Program-made: the position numbers and the translations under genes
Shown here: in pieces, positions 39,937-49,689 of the stretch
How positions within the stretch are numbered: position 1 is the first letter of the stretch
Layout: each line of letters begins with the position of its first letter
Notes under the pieces: model-generated
The model's database searches: none
Seen by the model: only the letters and a program-made list of their open reading frames with translations
What the model was told of the DNA's origin: nothing
Assembly (NCBI GenBank): GCA_041739995.1
Contig: JBGSMV010000046.1
Coordinates: 1 to 64,000 of the forward strand
Direction: 5' to 3'
Length of the DNA: 64,000 nucleotides
DNA from: Bdellovibrionota bacterium
GTDB lineage: Bacteria; Bdellovibrionota_C; UBA2361; JBGSMV01

Positions 39937-41304
39937 ATGAAGGCGCAGTCCAGTGATGAAAATGCTCCGTTTGTGATGCTTCGGGGAGACGATGCTTCAT
40001 TTTCGGCTATCACTTCGTTGCTGGGGCGCTTCGCCCATCGCGTCGAGCTTGTACACGATCTCGACCAGGCTCGAGAACTCGTTCAGCATCCTCTGCGTCC
40101 AACCCAAGGGCTCCTGATACCGCTTCGCTTACACGACGACAGCTCAGGAATTAAAAGTTGCCTGGAGGCCAAGGCCGATCCTCTGCTTTCTCAAGCACCA
40201 GTCGTCGGACTCACGCCTTCACGCGATCGCGCCATCTTACAGAGTTTCTACGGTGCGGGAGCGGACAGTGTGATACCTGTTCCCTTTGACGCTGAGGCGC
40301 TTTTTTTTCAACTTGACGCGTTAGTGCGAGCCTACCGCAGCATTGCTGAAATCTCGGCAGCGGGGAAAGACACGTTGGCTCTCTCAAAGGGCGCGGTCGC
40401 TGCCCTCGACGCCACTCAAGAAGCCATTGTCCTATTTGACACTGACTACAGCCCGGTCTTCGCCAATGCGGCAGCCCGTTCTTACCTTATCGCTGAAAGA
40501 GGCATCACACCCGATCAGCTCTCGAAACTTTCGAATGAACTGAAACCTAGTTTGCGCGCAGCGCTTACCGGAAAAGCTCTTCCCACATCTGAGAGCAAGA
40601 AGAATTCTCTGGCGGCTACATTTACGCAACTGCGCGGAGAACGAGGGCTTCCAATTGGCGTAGCCGTACGGCTCGCCCACCTCGCTGACATCGAGTATTT
40701 AAGCCACAACCTCGAAATTGCCTTAAGATCCCAAGCACTTTCGTTACTTGGATCTGCTGCTCTTTTAAACTCCCTTACGCGTGCACACGGGGGCTACCCC
40801 TTAACGCCTCTGCATCAGTTTTTCTCTTCTATTTCCAAAGAAACTCCCCTCACTCCGCTTGGGCCCTTACTTACGGCGCTTACAGAAGTGCTCGATAGCG
40901 TACTCCCCGCCTCCCTCGAACTCACGGTCCACGTTGAGGGAGAGCCTACCGTTTCCCTTCGACCAAGTGACGCCACGCGTCTCGTTGGCCACTTGCTGCT
41001 TTATACGGCAATGCGTTGCGGAAAAGACGGCTCAATTGCCGTAACCGCCGAACACGATCCCAGCGCCAAGGTCGTCAGTCTTTTGATCGTCGGCGAACAC
41101 GGCAAGACGCGTCTTGGCGTTCAGAGGGACTATGTCGAAGAATGCTTGAGCAACGCCCAGGGGACCCAAAAAGGCTCGGATGGGGAAAAGCTCGTGTTTG
41201 GCCTAGAAGCAGCGCAGACAATCGCCGATCAATACCACCTACAGCTTGAGTACAAAACAAACGCCTCGCATACGAAGGTGCGCATGCAGGTCTCGTGTAG
41301 CTAG
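39937..41304 (+). CDS. Degenerate REC-PAS-kinase-like signalling protein
   Basis: REC-like fold (KADPLL...PVVGLT, GADSVIPVPF) lacking the Asp and Lys; PAS-like AIVLFD..VFANAAA; HATPase-like tail without H/N/G boxes. Confidence 0.55.
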   Translation: MKAQSSDENAPFVMLRGDDASFSAITSLLGRFAHRVELVHDLDQARELVQHPLRPTQGLLIPLRLHDDSSGIKSCLEAKADPLLSQAPVVGLTPSRDRAILQSFYGAGADSVIPVPFDAEALFFQLDALVRAYRSIAEISAAGKDTLALSKGAVAALDATQEAIVLFDTDYSPVFANAAARSYLIAERGITPDQLSKLSNELKPSLRAALTGKALPTSESKKNSLAATFTQLRGERGLPIGVAVRLAHLADIEYLSHNLEIALRSQALSLLGSAALLNSLTRAHGGYPLTPLHQFFSSISKETPLTPLGPLLTALTEVLDSVLPASLELTVHVEGEPTVSLRPSDATRLVGHLLLYTAMRCGKDGSIAVTAEHDPSAKVVSLLIVGEHGKTRLGVQRDYVEECLSNAQGTQKGSDGEKLVFGLEAAQTIADQYHLQLEYKTNASHTKVRMQVSCS

Positions 41305-41337
41305 TGTGGTGATTAAACCAGGAACGCGGTTTTCTCT

Positions 41338-41486
41338 CTCCGCTCCCTCCGTGTCTCCGCGTCACTAAAATTTAACCAGAAGGCCTGAAGGACCTGAGAC
41401 TTCCATTGATGGATACGCAATGTTGCATTGGATGGGCGCGCTTTCTAGTTAGGGATTTTTATTGCGGAGACGGGGAGAGGGCGGAG
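41338..41486. repeat. Long-range CTCCGC-type inverted repeat
   Basis: CTCCGCTCCCTCCGTGTCTCCGC ... GCGGAGACGGGGAGAGGGCGGAG (19/23 complementary). Confidence 0.55.
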
Positions 41487-41541
41487 CGTTTGAGCTGCCT
41501 CTGTTGCGAAAATATAAGCGTAGAGGAATCGCAGAGGCGAA

Positions 41542-41580
41542 CCTTGGACTGAGCAAGTCGAAGCTTTGCTCAGTCCAAGG
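41542..41580. terminator. 15-bp perfect hairpin between convergent genes
   Basis: CCTTGGACTGAGCAA-N9-TTGCTCAGTCCAAGG. Confidence 0.7.
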
Positions 41581-41676
41581 ACAGCCTGCACCTGACCAGA
41601 TAACAAAAGGCTAGTGTTGCGTCTGCGCCCTGTCGTTATTGCCTATCAGGTTTGTGAGGAAGCCTAGCGCGGAGAT

Positions 41677-43038
41677 TTAGCGCGAGAGTAACCACCACAC
41701 GACCATCAAGATCAAGGCCAGCACCATCAAGAGACCGACGGTGAGCCAAATCTTGTCTTCCAGTGATGAACTTACTTCATCTTCGCTCACCTCTGACGAG
41801 TACCGTGACCGACCGCTCGCATCAAATCCGCCACGGGGGCGCACGAGCGATGGATCAATCGCTACAGTCTGATCGGCTCTCACATCATCCAGTGACCCGA
41901 TCTTTCCAAATGGCAAACGATCAGGATGACGCGGAGTAGGCGGTGCATCTTGGGTATCATCCGCTTCCCCCTCTCCCCAAGGAAAGGAGCGCGTTGGATC
42001 TCGCCGCCCACCAGTCACATCTCCGGCCATATCACCTGACGCCTGCATCTCAACGGACTCGTTCGCCGAGTGCGAGCCACCTGAAGGACGTGTCGCGCGT
42101 GCGGCTTCTACCCAGCCGCCTTCAGTGCTTTGCTCATGCGCGGAGGGAGTCGAAAAAGTTCCTGCAGAATGTGCGTCCCCTTGGGCGCCACTCGCGTGCG
42201 CAAGCGAAGCTCCAGAGAGTGTGCCTGCCTCGTTTGCTGAAATAGGCGATTGGCCCGGTGGCGCACTGCGAGGATCTCCTGCTGGTCCTTGCCCGAGCAG
42301 GTCTCGACTGCTCTCGCCACCACGGCGTCCACGATCCGCATCGGGCGAATCTGACGGGCTGCGCTTCGCACTCACCACGTCATTGAAGATGATCCGGAAA
42401 TGCTCAACCACTAACTCATCACGGTCCTGCAACACTCGCGTTTGGCTCAAGGCTTGGCCATTCAGCTCCACCAAAATATCTTTGGAGATAGTGAACGCCG
42501 CGACACTCTCACCACGACGCTCCACCACGAGAGATGGCAGGTCGTGCATATCGACACTTAGCTGGAGATCCGCATTCTTTCCGCCAACGACGAGAGCGCG
42601 CCCAAACTCCGGCACCGGATACTCGGACTGAAATGCCTCGCGCGAGAACACCAAAAGAGATCTGATGCCAAAACCCATTCGATCGAACTCAGCGCTCCCT
42701 CTTCGCTCCGCGTCCTCAACTTCGATCGCTACATCACCTAGCTGCAAGTAATCGCCCGGCTTTATCAAAAGCCAGACTTGTGTGGGGACCTTTTCGCCAT
42801 TCAACCAGGAGCCGTTGGTGCTACCTTCGTCCCGGTAGGTCCAGTGCTGCCCTACCCCCCGAAGCAGACCATGCACTCGAGAGACTGCGCTGCTTGGAAG
42901 CGTGATACCCCCAGGTGGCGGTTCTCGACCAAGCAGCACTTCGTCGCCCTCGACAATGGCGAGCTGCCGGCGTGAACGTTGGTCAGGGGTGCCCCCAGGG
43001 GCTTGGACGATTTGAAATAACACTATAGGGCGAGCCAT
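41677..43038 (-). CDS. FHA-domain protein with a second FHA-like domain, a disordered linker and a C-terminal TM anchor
   Basis: LLGR..., VSRVHG, DEGSTNGSWLNG, GDYLQLG; second repeat LNGQ..L.DRDEL; terminal hydrophobic helix. Confidence 0.88.
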   Translation of the reverse strand: MARPIVLFQIVQAPGGTPDQRSRRQLAIVEGDEVLLGREPPPGGITLPSSAVSRVHGLLRGVGQHWTYRDEGSTNGSWLNGEKVPTQVWLLIKPGDYLQLGDVAIEVEDAERRGSAEFDRMGFGIRSLLVFSREAFQSEYPVPEFGRALVVGGKNADLQLSVDMHDLPSLVVERRGESVAAFTISKDILVELNGQALSQTRVLQDRDELVVEHFRIIFNDVVSAKRSPSDSPDADRGRRGGESSRDLLGQGPAGDPRSAPPGQSPISANEAGTLSGASLAHASGAQGDAHSAGTFSTPSAHEQSTEGGWVEAARATRPSGGSHSANESVEMQASGDMAGDVTGGRRDPTRSFPWGEGEADDTQDAPPTPRHPDRLPFGKIGSLDDVRADQTVAIDPSLVRPRGGFDASGRSRYSSEVSEDEVSSSLEDKIWLTVGLLMVLALILMVVWWLLSR

Positions 43039-43179
43039 AGGGGGCAAAATAAACCTCAACAGCCCAAAGGTACAATAGCTCAAGCTTCGATCTATGCATT
43101 TGAAAGATAGGGACCAGATCCGGAGGCCGGGGCACATATCTAGGCCCCCTTCTCACGCATGAGGGTCCAACATCGTGCC

Positions 43180-43479
43180 TCAGGTGCTTCTCCGACGCGA
43201 AGAAGGTTGTTGCCGCTCTAACTCCGCAAGAACAGTGGCGACCGCCTCAAATAATTCTGCAGGAATAGACTGATCGAGCTCGAGCTCCCCAAGCATACGG
43301 GCGAGTCCAGAGTCCTCGCGCACGGGAATGCCATAGCGATGTGCAAGCGCCACCACTTGATCGGCATGCATGTGTTCGGCGGTCACATTCACCGCCGGGG
43401 CTGCTCCTCCAGGGGTTCCTTTCTCTCGCGCCTGATATTCAATCCCCACCGCTCTGCGGTAACGCGCTTCTGCGGTCAT
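43180..43479 (-). CDS. Stand-alone FlhB/SctU C-terminal (FlhB-CC/FlhX-like) domain
   Basis: RAVGIEY..AP.V...AD.VV.LA..YGIPV.ED..LAR.L..LELDQSIP.ELFEAVA.VLA. Confidence 0.88.
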   Translation of the reverse strand: MTAEARYRRAVGIEYQAREKGTPGGAAPAVNVTAEHMHADQVVALAHRYGIPVREDSGLARMLGELELDQSIPAELFEAVATVLAELERQQPSSRRRST

Positions 43480-46400
43480 CGGCCCTCCTTCGGAGCACCT
43501 CGAACACCCTGTGGCGACTTCTCAATAAGTGGATTTTTAGACCTACTCTGCCCTTCTGTAGCTTCTGTCCGTGCTTGATCGGGTCGATCTGCCCTTTGTG
43601 CGTAATCAGACGATCCCTTTGATCCCTCCTTTCCCAGTCCGGAAGGATACGGTGGCATCTGCGGGATTGAGCTTCGCTTCCGCTCTGCCACACCCTGATG
43701 CACTTCACCGGGATGCACAGCACCGGGAGCAAATGAACCCTGAGCGCGGGGAAGGACGGGAGCCACGGGTGGGATGGGGTTCTCCACCTCTGAGCTAACC
43801 CGCAAGGCAAGAGATCCTCCCGTCAGGCGATTTTCAAGAACGCTACGAATTTGTTCGCTCATCGACCAAATTCGTAGAGGTTTTTCAAAAAGCTGGCAGC
43901 GATCTCTCGCCAATTCCTTGCTTTCCCAATGCTGTAGGTCGGCAACATACCCAAAGATATTTACCGCTGGATGGATTTGGAGGATCGATGCAACAAGGTC
44001 TGTGGCTACGGTCCCGACACGATCAAGATCAATGAGGACCAGCGCTCGCACATCACGTACTTGGCGCAGCATCTGCAACAAGCGCTCGCGAGTCAACGGA
44101 ATAGCCACGTCCGCGTGCGGCCCTTCGAAGGAAGATCGCAGCGAATAGCCAATCGCAGAATCAATCTCAAACATGAAGACGTGAGTGAACTCGGTAGCTC
44201 TGTCGCTGCCGCCCACACCCACATGCGTACCGGTCGCCGTCTCGCCCGACACTGCAGGAAGATATACACTAAAGGTCGTACCCTGCCCCTGCTGGGTGCG
44301 CACCGTGATCGCTCCATCGTGCTGCTTTACGATCGAATAGGCAGACGAGAGTCCTAAGCCCGATCCACCGAATCCAAGCCCCGTGCGCGTATCAATATTC
44401 TTGGTGGTGAAAAACGGCTCAAAACATCGTGTTTGGCTCTCTGGCGTCATGCCGGGGCCATTGTCTTCAACTTCGACACGCAGATATTCCCCTGGTGCAA
44501 GTTCGGGATCTACCTCGCCTGATCTAACTTTCACGCGACGAACAAAGACTTTTACCTTTCCGTCGGACCTGCCCTCGAGCGCTTCTTTGGAGTTCACCAA
44601 TAGATTGGTAATGACCTGCTGCAACTGGCTCTGATCGGCAACGATTGGCGGCGCGTCAGAGGTGACATCATACTCGAGCTCAATTCCCGCGCCGAGCACT
44701 GAGCGATAAAGCTCTTTGGAGTCTTCAAGAAAGCTCTGCACTGAAAGAGTGGTAGGGGCAAAACCGCCCTGCATAGAAAAATTGAATAGCTGCTTCACAA
44801 GGCTGGCCCCTTTTGAGGCCGCATCATTAATCATGCGCGCTGACTGAGTGACTCTCTTGTCGTGGCCCATCTGCATCTCTATCAAAGAAGCCTGACCCAT
44901 CACTGCTTGCAGAAGATTATTGAAATTATGCGCCACCCCAGAAGCAAGTAAGCCTGCCATGCGCATCTTGTCGGCATCCGCCATGCGCGCTTCGAACTTT
45001 CTGGCGAGAATTACAGTGGCGATCTCCGTGGCCATGCTGTTCAGCAATGGAAGTTTGCGCTGCACAAAGAATGTCGATGGCACTGCCGGTTCAACTACTA
45101 GTACGCCGACCACTTGCCCCAAAGCGACCAGAGGCACAATGACAATGGTTCCACAGTTCAAGCGCGCAAGCACTCGCCCAAGATCGCCGCATTCCTGCTC
45201 GGCGGAGGCGTCGAATACCACAGGAGATCTGGTGCGAATGGCGCGATCGAGCAACTGATTCTTGGCGCCAAGTTCGACTTGCATGTCCACTACGTGCTTA
45301 CGAATTCCTGGGCCCACACCTGCGGTGCCCATCAAGTGAGAACCACGATTGTTCATCACTCCAAGCCACATGCGCTTGCACGCAATTTCTTCTTGAATTG
45401 AAGGAAAGGCATGCTCGGCCACTTCCTTCAGAGTCATTTGCTTTGAGAGTTCGTGGCTTAAGCGATAGAGCGCAGACAGCGAGCTTGAATGTCTTTTCTC
45501 TGCGGCATAGAGCTCAGCTTGTCGAGCGGCCAATGCGATCTGTGCGCATGCAGCCGAAACAAGATCATAATCATCCGTTGAGTACTGCGCTTCAGTTCTG
45601 CGGAAAAGAACCATGACCCCGAGCACCTGTTCCTCGAAAACAAGTGGCATGATGATGGTGGCTCGAACTCCCTCGCGCCGCGCAAGTTCGACTGCGGCAC
45701 GTGGTTCTTGTTGAATGTTGCTGAGCAACACACCCTCACGGCGGTCGACTGCGTCTCGCGCCAGGGTGTGCTTCCCGATAATCGCGCCGACATCTTCTAC
45801 ATACTGACTGGACAGCCCCTCTGCCGCGACCACTTCCAGCTGACCTGTTGAGGGATCGATCAGTCCGCTAAAACCACAATCACTTCCCGTCGCGCGAATA
45901 AGTGCTCTTAAACCTTTGAGCGCGACCACACTGGGATCCAAATTTAGCTCAAGAGAACGCGCCACTTCATACAGCGCCTCAATGCGACGCCCTTGAGAAC
46001 GAGAACGCTCTTCTGCGGCGCGACGTGCAGTGGTATCAACCCAGAACCCTTCCCAACCCATCAAGCTTGGATTGACCTGATCTGAGCCATTCGCAAAAAA
46101 TGGAATCGCACGCATTAATATCCAGCGCACCTCTCCAGTCAGCTGATTGGTGACCTGAACTTCATCATTGAACTCGCCAAACGGCAGAGAACGCGCGCGG
46201 CGCAATACTCGTCTTAACTCATGTGCTCGAAAAGAGCGTCGCCAACGCGAGGGGGAGGAAAGCAGTTCGTCCGCTGGGAAACCAAACAGGCGTTGGGTGT
46301 CCCCCACAAGTTCAGTCACTCTCAATGCAGGATCGGTACGAACGATCAGGAGCTCTCCGTGCTCTGCGATCCTTCGATATGATGAACGGCGCTGCTCTTC

Positions 46401-47006
46401 TAAATCGCCTGCGGCAGCGTCCGCTCTTTCGGCAACACGAGACTCAATTTCTGAGGGCTTAGAAACAAGACTGAGTGGAGACGACTCCACTTCGGTTTCC
46501 TTCAAGTCAGCGCGATGCTCTGGCGAGGTATAAAAGTCATCCCGCGATCCAATCTCCCTCTCGATACGAAGCCCAAGCAGAGTAGCTGCTAATTCTGAAT
46601 AGGCTCGCTCCTCTCCACGCAGGCGAAGATGCTCATGAATCGTGAAGGCTTCCAAAGCGGCGACCATGCGATCTCCAGCATACACCGGAACTAGCAGATA
46701 CGATTTGACTCCATTCTCTTCGAGCTGCTCTCGAAGCATCGGGTCGATTCGCTGTCGCTGGGGATCGGAGACGAACAGCGGTAGACGCATCGCACGCCCT
46801 CGAAGCGAAGCTTCGCCGGAGCGAATAGTAATTCCTGCGACGGAGCTTGAACTCCAGGATTCGCCACTTTCAGAAAGAAGGATAACCTGGTCGAAATTAA
46901 GAAATTCAGAGAAGAGTTTGGCGACGATCTGCGACGCGTGAGACGTATCTCTGGAGGCAGAGAGCGCTTTGCGAAGCGAGGCCAGAGGTGAAAACGCTTC
47001 AGTCAC
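43476..47006 (-). CDS. GAF-PAS-GAF-GAF hybrid sensor histidine kinase with an atypical receiver
   Basis: LASGVAHNFNN H-box, NLLVNS, DNGPG, FEPFFTTK, GSGLGL; GAF motifs (PLV..EQVLGV); receiver with LIDLD and FEKP. Confidence 0.92.
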   Translation of the reverse strand: MTEAFSPLASLRKALSASRDTSHASQIVAKLFSEFLNFDQVILLSESGESWSSSSVAGITIRSGEASLRGRAMRLPLFVSDPQRQRIDPMLREQLEENGVKSYLLVPVYAGDRMVAALEAFTIHEHLRLRGEERAYSELAATLLGLRIEREIGSRDDFYTSPEHRADLKETEVESSPLSLVSKPSEIESRVAERADAAAGDLEEQRRSSYRRIAEHGELLIVRTDPALRVTELVGDTQRLFGFPADELLSSPSRWRRSFRAHELRRVLRRARSLPFGEFNDEVQVTNQLTGEVRWILMRAIPFFANGSDQVNPSLMGWEGFWVDTTARRAAEERSRSQGRRIEALYEVARSLELNLDPSVVALKGLRALIRATGSDCGFSGLIDPSTGQLEVVAAEGLSSQYVEDVGAIIGKHTLARDAVDRREGVLLSNIQQEPRAAVELARREGVRATIIMPLVFEEQVLGVMVLFRRTEAQYSTDDYDLVSAACAQIALAARQAELYAAEKRHSSSLSALYRLSHELSKQMTLKEVAEHAFPSIQEEIACKRMWLGVMNNRGSHLMGTAGVGPGIRKHVVDMQVELGAKNQLLDRAIRTRSPVVFDASAEQECGDLGRVLARLNCGTIVIVPLVALGQVVGVLVVEPAVPSTFFVQRKLPLLNSMATEIATVILARKFEARMADADKMRMAGLLASGVAHNFNNLLQAVMGQASLIEMQMGHDKRVTQSARMINDAASKGASLVKQLFNFSMQGGFAPTTLSVQSFLEDSKELYRSVLGAGIELEYDVTSDAPPIVADQSQLQQVITNLLVNSKEALEGRSDGKVKVFVRRVKVRSGEVDPELAPGEYLRVEVEDNGPGMTPESQTRCFEPFFTTKNIDTRTGLGFGGSGLGLSSAYSIVKQHDGAITVRTQQGQGTTFSVYLPAVSGETATGTHVGVGGSDRATEFTHVFMFEIDSAIGYSLRSSFEGPHADVAIPLTRERLLQMLRQVRDVRALVLIDLDRVGTVATDLVASILQIHPAVNIFGYVADLQHWESKELARDRCQLFEKPLRIWSMSEQIRSVLENRLTGGSLALRVSSEVENPIPPVAPVLPRAQGSFAPGAVHPGEVHQGVAERKRSSIPQMPPYPSGLGKEGSKGSSDYAQRADRPDQARTEATEGQSRSKNPLIEKSPQGVRGAPKEGR

Positions 47007-47017
47007 GACGAATCAGC

Positions 47018-47806
47018 TTAAGAGAGACTATTTCGTTCAACAATAATAACTCGGGCCCGTTTCACACGGCGCTCTACTTCGCGTAGCGCCAATGCCTCGT
47101 GCAATGCCCTTCTTGCACTCTTGAGGAGTGGATCACCCTCCTCTTCTCGATAATCCCGACGAACCTCATCGGTTGTCATGGACATTTCCCTTAAAAAACT
47201 TCGTCGGTTGAGCACATACTCCACTGCTCCCAGAAGAAGCAGCATTACACCTGCGATGGCTGACAACACGATCAGCTCTGACCGACACCAGTCCAGCAAC
47301 ACTCTCACATCCGAACCAAACAATTCGAATGCAGAGCGAAAGGAGCTGTTTAAAACCAAAAACAACCCGGTGCCCAAAAGGGCTACCATCAGGATTGTCC
47401 GCCATACTCGCAGCATGCCAGTCCACACTGTGCCGAATCCGGCAAAGGGACTACATCGCTCCAACTGCGGACTTAAGAGTGCCCACGCGAAACGCAACCC
47501 GACCTGAAAGAACTCGAACAGCAGTCCTACGAGCGCCCCGGCTCCCAAACTAATTAAAAGAAATGAAAGCGCGGACTCTAGGAAAGAACGAACGCAGCCG
47601 AACCCTTCGGTTCTGACATCGTTAAAACAATAGTTTAGCAAGATTGTGGGGCTTACCCAACCTGACTGCAGCAGCCAGCCTGCACATAGGCAGACTGCCA
47701 AAGCTGCGGCATTTTGCGTTAAAATTCGGCTCCTTACCACCCTACCGCGTTTACGGGCGTCTTCTAGACGGCGCTGTGTCGGGGCGTGTCCTTTGTACTC
47801 AGCCAC
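47018..47806 (-). CDS. flhB: FlhB/SctU export switch protein, TM + CN part only (lacks NPTH and CC)
   Basis: K.H.PT.RRL.DARKRG.V.RS, four TM helices, M.MT.DEVR.DYREEEGDP..KS.RR; ends VKRARVIIVERNSLS. Confidence 0.88.
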   Translation of the reverse strand: MAEYKGHAPTQRRLEDARKRGRVVRSRILTQNAAALAVCLCAGWLLQSGWVSPTILLNYCFNDVRTEGFGCVRSFLESALSFLLISLGAGALVGLLFEFFQVGLRFAWALLSPQLERCSPFAGFGTVWTGMLRVWRTILMVALLGTGLFLVLNSSFRSAFELFGSDVRVLLDWCRSELIVLSAIAGVMLLLLGAVEYVLNRRSFLREMSMTTDEVRRDYREEEGDPLLKSARRALHEALALREVERRVKRARVIIVERNSLS

Positions 47807-48650
47807 CGATTCCTCCTAAAAAAGAGTCAGAATCGGGCTCCTTCTGGCCGTTCTGGAGAGCTTGAGGGCCGCTCTGAGAGGCCTCCGATACCGGCACCAG
47901 AGCGGAAAGTACCACCGCCGGCTGCGCAAGTTGTTGAAGACTCGAGAACAATCCAAGCTGCCAAGAACCGACAGCCATAGTCCACAGCAGCAGTGATTTT
48001 ATGAGAAACACTTCGCTGGTGAATGAGACCTGCGGCATTACTTTGGAAACCCATCCGAAGGCCAGCTCAAGCAAGAGTGCGACGACAGAAAACCACCCGA
48101 CCAATAGAACGCACCACTGCATGGTAGAGACCGTTGCCTGCAAAGCAAACCTACAATACTGAACTACGGAACTAACGCTTGTGACCGGAGACATGCGCGC
48201 ACTCTCCAGGAAGGTCCCGACCAACTGATCGCCAAGCCCTGACAACAACAGCAGTGCCCAGATCCATGCATGCGCAAGAATCGCAAAGGACGGTTCTCCC
48301 TCCATTTGTTCCTTGGCACCTAAGGGATCAACAAAGGCTGACAGGGTTTGGCCACGTACAGTCTCAAACAGCTCTCCCCCCATAGATACCAGCGAGAGCA
48401 CTAACGCGGCGGGAAGTCCTAAACATAATCCAAAGAGAAACTCGCTTATAAAGAAATGCCACTCGAGCGTGACATTCATCGCCCCCGGCCCTATTCCACA
48501 AAACGCGAGTCCCCATGCAAGTGCCATTCGAAGCGCCAGCATCGAGGGTGAGGATCCAAGCGGGAGCAGCGTTAACATCCCCAGTGCGCGAAGCACCAGT
48601 CCCGCCACGCCCACGCCGTAAACCTGGAGATACTCGAAGACGGTGCTCAT
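47799..48650 (-). CDS. fliR: FliR/SctT export gate protein
   Basis: R.LG...LP, EFLFG..LG, GEL.E..RGQ....DP, GWVSK.MPQ; position in the P-Q-R-B operon. Confidence 0.85.
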   Translation of the reverse strand: MSTVFEYLQVYGVGVAGLVLRALGMLTLLPLGSSPSMLALRMALAWGLAFCGIGPGAMNVTLEWHFFISEFLFGLCLGLPAALVLSLVSMGGELFETVRGQTLSAFVDPLGAKEQMEGEPSFAILAHAWIWALLLLSGLGDQLVGTFLESARMSPVTSVSSVVQYCRFALQATVSTMQWCVLLVGWFSVVALLLELAFGWVSKVMPQVSFTSEVFLIKSLLLWTMAVGSWQLGLFSSLQQLAQPAVVLSALVPVSEASQSGPQALQNGQKEPDSDSFLGGIGG

Positions 48651-48910
48651 GACATTTGACCGAAATATACCAGGCTGCTCAGCATGTCCTGCATAAAGCG
48701 AACCAACTTCTCGCTGAAGAAATCTGCTCCGACAATTAAAACGGCGCTGACGGTGACCACTCGCACCAGAAACTGCACTGTCTGTTCTTGAATCTGTGTT
48801 GCTGCTTGAAACACGGAGAGCACGAGACTGACGACACAGCTGACGAGCAGAGGAATTCCGCTTATGATCGCGACAAGTAACAGCCCTTCAGCTACCAATG
48901 TATCAAACAC
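48647..48910 (-). CDS. fliQ: FliQ/SctS export gate protein
   Basis: SG.PLLV...V.LV.SVFQAATQIQEQT..F. Confidence 0.93.
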   Translation of the reverse strand: MFDTLVAEGLLLVAIISGIPLLVSCVVSLVLSVFQAATQIQEQTVQFLVRVVTVSAVLIVGADFFSEKLVRFMQDMLSSLVYFGQMS

Positions 48911-48948
48911 TACTTACTCCCCTTAAGTTCATAACGCCTCTGAAGCGC

Positions 48949-49689
48949 TTACTGATAAGATTGTACGAGTCCTCGTGTGATCAGCAGCCACCCATCGGAA
49001 ACCACCAAAAGAAGAATTTTCAACGGAAGTGCCACCATGATGGGGCTCACCATCGTCATCCCCATGCCGACCAGAAGATTTGCCACGATTAGGTCGACCA
49101 CCAAAAACGGCAATAGCAGCACGAATCCCATCGCAAACGCTTCTTTGATCTCGGTAAGCACGAATGCGGGTAACAGCACTCGAAGCGAGAGCACTTCAGC
49201 AGGAGTGCTCGTCCCCTCACCCTCAAGCGGTTGATCAGACGCGGCACCAAGCTCTTTCAAGGCATGAATTTCTCTCTCTCCGGCATGCCGCTCTAAAAAC
49301 CGCCTAAGCGGTGCGAATACTTCGACTGCCACCTGCCCGGCCTGCTCCATAGAAAGCGCCCGTATATCTCCTGCGGGAAGGGCCTTTGCACATTCATCGA
49401 ATACCGGGGCCATGGCATACCCGGTGATTGCGACCGACATCGCCATCACTACCAAGCCGCTCGGCGTGTGTTGAGTTCCCAATGCGCTGCGAACCATGCC
49501 CAGCACCACACTCACTTTGAGATATGCGGTAAAAAGTCCCATGACCATCGGAACAAGTGCGAACACTGTGGCGATAACGATGAACCACCCAGGGTGTATC
49601 GCTCCCCATTGGCTTCCTGCGAGCTGCGCGGCACCGCTTTGAGCTGAACCGAAGTGTTGCTCGATTCCTGCTATCAGATCAGGCTTCAT
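48949..49689 (-). CDS. fliP: FliP/SctR export gate protein
   Basis: TAYLKVSVVL.MVR.ALGTQ.TP, LLPAFVL.EIKEAF.MGF...LPFLVVDLIVANLL...GM.MVSP...LPLK.LL.V..DGW. Confidence 0.95.
   Translation of the reverse strand: MKPDLIAGIEQHFGSAQSGAAQLAGSQWGAIHPGWFIVIATVFALVPMVMGLFTAYLKVSVVLGMVRSALGTQHTPSGLVVMAMSVAITGYAMAPVFDECAKALPAGDIRALSMEQAGQVAVEVFAPLRRFLERHAGEREIHALKELGAASDQPLEGEGTSTPAEVLSLRVLLPAFVLTEIKEAFAMGFVLLLPFLVVDLIVANLLVGMGMTMVSPIMVALPLKILLLVVSDGWLLITRGLVQSYQ

Noticed and set aside
47007..47060. Frameshift restoring full-length FlhB
   Set aside because: No NPTH-coding sequence exists in any frame, and the next gene starts 11 bp after the stop.
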